Below, in pieces: positions 58,726 through 64,000 of a stretch of DNA of 64,000 nucleotides (its first letter is position 1; each line of letters opens with the position of its first letter). The position numbers and the translations under genes are program-made. Source of the stretch: an uncultured Bdellovibrionales bacterium (GTDB lineage Bacteria; Patescibacteriota; Minisyncoccia; Moranbacterales; UBA1568); the NCBI GenBank assembly GCA_964436855.1, contig CAYTED010000003.1, forward strand, positions 33,393-97,392. The letters are read 5' to 3'. The notes under the pieces were generated by a model, which saw only the letters and a program-made list of their open reading frames with translations, ran no database searches and was not told where the DNA came from.

Positions 58726-59222
58726 ACACTTCCAGTTTTTCTTAGGGATTCCACTTTTCTTCGGCTTGCGTGGCAGAGAGCGATTGCGAGAGCGTCCGCG
58801 GTATCGTCGGGCTTTGGAATTGTTTTGAGTTTCAAGACAGCTTTCACCATCAATTGTACTTGTGTTTTGTCCGCTTTCCCATAATTCGTCAAGGCTTGCT
58901 TGACTTCGAGAGGGGTGTAGCCTGCAATACTAACACGGAGGTGCTCTAAAGTCAAGAGAATAACGCCTCGTGCTTGGGCGACGGAAATCGCCGTTTTTTG
59001 GTTATTAAAGAAGAAAAGTTCCTCCACGCCCGCCTCTTTTGGCTTCCATTTTTTGACGATTTTTTCGATATCGTCCGCGATTTCAGTAAGTCGCTTTTCG
59101 AGGGGCAAATCTTTGCTCGTTGAAATATGTCCGTACGCGACGGATTCCGGCTTTCCATTATTTATTTCAATAACCCCCCAGCCGACGGTCGCGGTTCCGG
59201 GATCGATACCGAGGATACGCAT
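58722..59222 (-). CDS. ruvC: Crossover junction endodeoxyribonuclease RuvC
   Basis: MRILGIDPGTATVGWGVIE catalytic Asp and RNase H-like fold, 166 aa. Confidence 0.92.
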   Translation of the reverse strand: MRILGIDPGTATVGWGVIEINNGKPESVAYGHISTSKDLPLEKRLTEIADDIEKIVKKWKPKEAGVEELFFFNNQKTAISVAQARGVILLTLEHLRVSIAGYTPLEVKQALTNYGKADKTQVQLMVKAVLKLKTIPKPDDTADALAIALCHASRRKVESLRKTGSV

Positions 59223-59357
59223 AAATCATGTAGCAATTAACAGCGAACAAATAATACAAGCTAAGAATAGGTTGAAAAAACACTCTTGTCATTCCGGGTT
59301 TCTTTATTTGGTGCAACTGAACCGGAACGCCAATTTTCTTATTGTTGAATTGGTATG

Positions 59358-60164
59358 TTACGAAAAATAATTGTTCAAATCCACTTTTTTTCCAAGCCGA
59401 GTCAATATTGAAAAGAGTATCTTAAATGTTTCAGCGACTTCTCTTCCTCGAATAATCATGGCAACGTCTCGTCTCATGACCGTAATTACGAGAAAGTCTT
59501 TAAAGCAGAAAATATCAGTGTCAAAATTCAGGGCATCATCGGGGAGAATGTAGCCGATGACGAGACGGCCGGTATGGGCGCGCTTCACTTCGGGATTGGT
59601 CGCTTGGATAAGCTTAATGGTTGTTTGTGAACACACCGCCTCAAGAATAACCCCTTTTTTCTTGAAAGCAGATTGCCAGGCTACGATAGTTTCGGTATGT
59701 AGATGAGAAAGTTTTTGTCTGGCAGACCCGGTTCCCTCGATAAAATATGCTCGTTCCCCGGACGGAAGATCGAGAATCATTTTATATGCTGCACGAAAAC
59801 CCGTTTTTGTAGTATGGAGTTCGATTGAATAGTGGGAGCGAACACGCTCCTCATTGAGGAGTGATTGGAGTAAGGGAATCTCTTCTTTTAATTCTTTTAC
59901 ATGTTCATCGAGCATTCTTGCGAGCGCATCAAGATCGGAACATTCATATTCGAAGTGTTTTCTGATTTTTATTCGAGAGACTAATTCATGGGCGAGTAAT
60001 CGATTGATAATAGGGTAGAGAGTAGTGCGGGGGAGGCCGGTGTCTTTTGCAAGATCAGTGATTCGTGAGCTGCCGTGCTTGAGGAGCGCAAAAAAGACAC
60101 AGATTTCCTTCTCTGAAAATCCAAAAGCCAACAGCGCCTCCTTTGTTTTTTGCGCATTCTTCAT
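59358..60164 (-). CDS. TrmB-family transcriptional regulator
   Basis: N-terminal wHTH (LAFGFSEKEICVFFALLKHGSSRITDLAKDTGLPRTTLYPIINRL) plus C-terminal TrmB-like domain. Confidence 0.7.
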   Translation of the reverse strand: MKNAQKTKEALLAFGFSEKEICVFFALLKHGSSRITDLAKDTGLPRTTLYPIINRLLAHELVSRIKIRKHFEYECSDLDALARMLDEHVKELKEEIPLLQSLLNEERVRSHYSIELHTTKTGFRAAYKMILDLPSGERAYFIEGTGSARQKLSHLHTETIVAWQSAFKKKGVILEAVCSQTTIKLIQATNPEVKRAHTGRLVIGYILPDDALNFDTDIFCFKDFLVITVMRRDVAMIIRGREVAETFKILFSILTRLGKKVDLNNYFS

Positions 60165-60337
60165 AGTTAAACTATACAAAACGTCGAATATTTAGTCAAA
60201 ACAATATTTAATATTATGGCTTTCATAAAATAATAATTTGGTAATTGTATTTAACACGTCTTTATTCCAGACATTTTAAAAAATTTTTGCTTTATTTGGT
60301 GCAGGCAATATCGCCTGTCATTTAAGAGGTTTTTCTT

Positions 60338-60532
60338 ATGGAAATCATAAGACAAGTGTCGCCCGAATGCGGGATCGGTGCATGCCCAGCTGTTTTTGAG
60401 ACCGATCAAGAAAGCTTCGTTGTCGTAGGCCGTCAGATCGACCAGAACGAAGTGGTAGCGCTTGGTCTGGAATCGAAGATTGCGCCTGGCGAGAACGCCG
60501 TCGAAGTCCCGAAAAGCACGTTCCGTGTTTAG
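60338..60532 (+). CDS. Small GC-rich ORF with ferredoxin-like N-terminal motif (possible remnant)
   Basis: Strong RBS AAGAGG. SPECGIGACPAVFETD resembles the C.G.C...CP.VFE of single-cluster ferredoxins but lacks the full Cys set. GC is clearly above the surroundings. Confidence 0.3.
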   Translation: MEIIRQVSPECGIGACPAVFETDQESFVVVGRQIDQNEVVALGLESKIAPGENAVEVPKSTFRV

Positions 60533-60780
60533 ATGGGGCGATTCTATTTAAAGGCACAGGTTCCGAGGCAGACATGAACAAAAAGCCTCATGGTTTCCCG
60601 GGTGGCGAACGCGCTACTCGGGATTTTTCTTTTTCTTCAAAATCTTTCCAAAACTTTCTGTACACAAAAGTAAGCGGTCGTGGAGAATTGTGCACGACGG
60701 GCATTGAGAATATAGTATCAACTTATGACGGCCGTCGGGAGATGATACGTTTTTCACAAAAATAGTCATTTATCGCGATT

Positions 60781-60814
60781 AAAATACAGCGGAGAGACCG
60801 CTGTATTTTTTTTG
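60781..60814 (+). terminator. Rho-independent terminator
   Basis: ATACAGCGGAGAGACCGCTGTAT hairpin followed by TTTTTTTT. Confidence 0.7.
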
Positions 60815-60836
60815 TTGACTGTTTATTGCTGATTGC

Positions 60837-61553
60837 TCACTGAAGGTTGTCCCACACGGTTTGTACATCGGTGTTGTCTTCGAGGAGTTCTTTGAGTTTT
60901 TCATACTTTTCGAGGTCGTCTGCGGAAAGCGAAACCATTTGTGTGGGGAGGTATCCGAGCTCGGCGGATTCTGGAATCATATTTTTTGATGCGAAAAAAT
61001 TTTGCACGGTCTGGAGATCTTCGACTTTGGTGATGACGAGGAAGACTTCTTCTTCGAGTTTGAAATCATCGGCGCCAGATTCGACGGCTTCTATTTCAAG
61101 CATATCGATCGAGTATTTCTCGAGTGAAAAAACGATGATGCCGCAACGCTTGAACATGAAAGAAACGGAACCACTCGGCACGAATTTCCCACCGTTCTTC
61201 GTAAGAATGGTTTTCACTTCACCGACGGCGCGGTTTTTGTTGTCGGTCATGCCTTCGATCAAGAGCGCGACTTGCCCCGGTCCGTACGCTTCATAGATCA
61301 CTTCTTCAATGAGCGCGCCTTCTTTTGCTTCGCCAGTACCGACCTTGATGGCGCGGTCGATACGATCCTTCGGCATATTGACACTCCGCGCACGATCGAT
61401 CGCGAGGCGGAGTTTGAAATTCATATCAGGATCCCCGCCGTCGCGTGCGGCGATGGAAATCAGACGACCGTGTTTGGTGAAAATGGCGGCGCGCTTGGCG
61501 TCGTTTATTCCTTTGGCGCGATGGGTGGTAGCCCAGTGGGAGTGTCCGGACAT
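60837..61553 (-). CDS. yebC: YebC/PmpR family DNA-binding transcriptional regulator
   Basis: MSGHSHWATTHRAKGINDAKRAAIFTKHGRLISIAARDGGDP canonical YebC N-terminus, 238 aa. Confidence 0.9.
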   Translation of the reverse strand: MSGHSHWATTHRAKGINDAKRAAIFTKHGRLISIAARDGGDPDMNFKLRLAIDRARSVNMPKDRIDRAIKVGTGEAKEGALIEEVIYEAYGPGQVALLIEGMTDNKNRAVGEVKTILTKNGGKFVPSGSVSFMFKRCGIIVFSLEKYSIDMLEIEAVESGADDFKLEEEVFLVITKVEDLQTVQNFFASKNMIPESAELGYLPTQMVSLSADDLEKYEKLKELLEDNTDVQTVWDNLQ

Positions 61554-61620
61554 AGTGCGTATTTAGTCAGAAAAACAATCTGTATTGTAGAGAAAAGAAG
61601 AAAAAGATCAAGGAGTTTTT

Positions 61621-62850
61621 GTGTGGGTTTTGAAAAGACGACGAGCAAACATTGACACTTGGCCGTTCCTTCGCTATTCTACGCTCTTACTTTCTGATTT
61701 TTCTCCCGAAAATATGAGCCTTTCCCCCGAACGACAGTTCTCCGAACTTTTTCTTCGATCAAACGAGATCCTTGTCCTTCTCCCGAAAAATCCATCGATC
61801 GACCTTCTTTCTTCCGCGTTCGGGATCGCTCACTTCGCGGAAAAAAACGGGAAGCGCGCCACTGTCGTCGGAGAAAATATCAAGGAGAAATCCTCGATTC
61901 TTTCATTCCTCCCTCACCCAACGGCGATCTTCGATCACCTTGCCGGCGCGCGCGAATTCGTCCTCTCCTTCAATACGAAATTCAATCCGATTATCGGCAC
62001 TCGGAGCGCGCAGGAGGAAGATGAATTTCGGGTCTACATTACGCCTGAAAAAGGTATTATTGATCCGCGGGATTTTTCGTTCATCCCGGCAAAATTCAAA
62101 TTCGACCTCGCCCTCGTCCTCGGCGCGCCTGATCGCGAATCGCTCGGCAAAACCTACGAGGACAATCCGGATATTTTCTACGAACTCCCGATTGTAAATA
62201 TCGATTATCATTCGGAAAACGAACGTTTCGGTCAGCTCAATTTCGTCGATCTCGTCGCCTCCTCCGTTTCGGAAATCGTCGCCAAACTTCTCTTCGAAAC
62301 CGCCGGGGACTCTATCAACGACACAACGGCAAACGCCCTCTATACCGGCATCGTCGCCGCAACCGAAAGCTTCCAGAAAGAAAATTCCACTCCGAAAGCA
62401 CTTGAACTCTCGGCGAAACTCCTCTCTCTCGGAGCGAATCGCGAACAAGTGATTCAGTCGCTCTATCGGAACGAATCACTCTCTCTCCTCAAACTCTGGG
62501 GCCGCGCGATGGCAAGTCTCCGCGCGCACGAAGAAATCAGCCTCGCCGCCGCGACCCTCACGTCCGAAGATCTTGTCCTCTCCCGCGCCACACCCGACAA
62601 CATTCCCGCCATTCTTGAGCGCATCCGCCGACACATTTCGTCAAACACGTTTTTTCTGATCCTTCTCCCCGGTCTCTCCGGAGAAACCTTTGCATACATT
62701 CAAGCGGCTAGTCCCGAACGACTCTTTCCGTTTCTCCAAAAATTTCCTCCGACCGAAACGATCGGCGATACCTATGTGTTTCTGTTTCCCGACTCAACAC
62801 CGGAAAAAACCGAGGAGCTTATCGCGTCGATCCTTGGAGAAAAAAAATAA
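61621..62850 (+). CDS. DHH-family phosphoesterase (NrnA/RecJ-like paralog)
   Basis: DHH-fold motifs (NIDYHSEN...). The GTG at 61621 has an AAGGAG RBS. An alternative ATG at 61717 (MSLSPERQ) gives a more typical N-terminus. Confidence 0.55.
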   Translation: MWVLKRRRANIDTWPFLRYSTLLLSDFSPENMSLSPERQFSELFLRSNEILVLLPKNPSIDLLSSAFGIAHFAEKNGKRATVVGENIKEKSSILSFLPHPTAIFDHLAGAREFVLSFNTKFNPIIGTRSAQEEDEFRVYITPEKGIIDPRDFSFIPAKFKFDLALVLGAPDRESLGKTYEDNPDIFYELPIVNIDYHSENERFGQLNFVDLVASSVSEIVAKLLFETAGDSINDTTANALYTGIVAATESFQKENSTPKALELSAKLLSLGANREQVIQSLYRNESLSLLKLWGRAMASLRAHEEISLAAATLTSEDLVLSRATPDNIPAILERIRRHISSNTFFLILLPGLSGETFAYIQAASPERLFPFLQKFPPTETIGDTYVFLFPDSTPEKTEELIASILGEKK

Positions 62851-63001
62851 CGACACTCTTCAAATATTTTTCCGCAAGAAACAAACGCTCTTTCAAAGAG
62901 TGTTTTTTGCATCCAAATTTGGTAGAATAATCATACTTGTTGATTCAAATTTTTTGACTTCTTATTTTTCATTTTGATTTTTGAATTTTTATTTTGCGTT
63001 A

Positions 63002-64000
63002 TATGGTCCAAGTTATCCGAAGCTCAAGCACGCCTGTCGGCGAAACAAAAGGGACCGAGCTTGAAGAAAAATTGAGCAAACTGAAAAGCTCTTCCATCGA
63101 AGAAAGCGCTTCTCGGCTGGCCGCAGAAGTCGGCCTCGCCTACGCCGACCTTCATCTCTTTCCGATTGTCGCCGAAGACATCCGCCTTATCCCCGAAGAA
63201 GACGCCCTGCGTCTCGGCATCGCGCTCTTTCAAAAAAATGGAAAGATTGTTCACTTCGCTCTGCTTGATCCGCGGAATACCGAGGCGAAACAATACATCA
63301 AATCTCTCACCGAAAAAAACGATTGGCAAACAACCCTCCACATCGTCTCAAAACCTTCATTCGACAAGGCAATCGCCGTCTATCACGATACGCCGATCCT
63401 GAAATCCCTCGATCTTATGAAGGTGTCCCTTTCCGGGTCCGACCTCGAAGACTTCGACAAAAATTTCGGCGCGCTCGCCAACCTCGAAAACGAAGCCGAG
63501 AAAATCTCCACCTCGCAGGTGCTCGAAATCATCCTTGCCGGCGCAAAAAAAATGCGCTCAAGCGACATTCACCTCGAGCCGGAAGAAGACGTCGTCCGTC
63601 TGCGCTATCGTATCGACGGCGTGCTTCACGACATCGGCAGATTTTCCAAGTCCGTTTCCCAGCTTGCTACGTCTCGCATTAAAATGCTCGGAAAAATGCG
63701 CCTGAATGTCCGCGATCGCGCGCAAGACGGGCATTTCTTTGTTGATCTCGAAGGAAAACGCGTCGATATCCGCGTCAATGCGATTCCGGGAAAATACGGC
63801 GAAAGTATCAATATGCGTCTCCTCTCGGGCGACGACATTATCGGAAAAATGGAAGATCTCGGGCTGCGCGGCCTCGCCTACGAACTCGTACAAAAAGAAA
63901 TTGCAAAGCCGCACGGAATGATTTTAAACACCGGTCCGACCGGGTCAGGGAAAACGACAACGCTCTATACTCTGCTGAACACGCTCAACGAACCCGGCAC
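63002..64000 (+). CDS. pilB: Type II secretion / type IV pilus assembly ATPase GspE/PilB (3' end beyond window)
   Basis: N-terminal GSPII domain, then the GspE ATPase region; Walker A GPTGSGKTTT at the window edge. Confidence 0.85.

Noticed and set aside
59298-60303. Repeated TTTATTTGGTGCA 13-mer on both sides of the TrmB-family regulator gene as an operator
   Set aside because: Only two copies with no dyad symmetry. That is insufficient to call a binding site, so it is noted only.

Overview
The window reads as an origin-proximal chromosomal segment of a small-genome bacterium, probably a Patescibacteria/CPR lineage. Three things support this: GC content is low to moderate, housekeeping operons are compact, and an rnpA-rpmH / dnaA-dnaN core sits at about 47.2-50.8 kb. 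Housekeeping genes identified from the translations are ksgA, comM, lspA, a dksA-like gene, yraN, pnp, rpsO, gyrA, rpsA, gmk, tilS, ftsH, rbfA, nrnA, a UDG gene, rplS, an rluA-family gene, a peroxiredoxin, a SOD, nrdAB, yidC, jag, rnpA, rpmH, dnaA, dnaN, a dciA-like gene, a PBP1A gene, ruvC, yebC and a truncated gspE/pilB. Accessory content includes a surface-glycan cluster (two O-antigen-ligase-like proteins, two GT2 enzymes, a Wzx flippase), several secreted and cell-wall proteins, and eleven tRNA genes.

Findings not explained by routine annotation:
1. The tRNA(CAU) gene is split in its anticodon loop by a ~624-nt Azoarcus-type group I intron that carries an antisense HNH endonuclease ORF.
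2. A ~600-bp AT-rich non-coding block holds ten copies of the perfect palindrome TGTTCCACGTGGAACA, which is a symmetric parS, arranged as five pairs.
3. An operon downstream of ruvC encodes a 7TM protein, a RimK-related ATP-grasp fused to a retropepsin-like protease, RimK, and a CphA-N-like ATP-grasp. This is a putative peptide-ligase (amidoligase) system.
4. Two families of intergenic repeats are present: a MITE/REP-like hairpin element with TGTCAYCCCGAG termini, and a ~125-nt two-copy element.
5. A 1.1-kb gene-free structured region lies at 5331-6471.
6. A single-gene cassette with atypical codon usage sits between the dciA-like gene and the PBP1A gene.
7. An oriC candidate with DnaA boxes and an AT-rich DUE lies between dnaA and dnaN.

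All calls are made from the sequence and ORF translations alone. No database searches were run.
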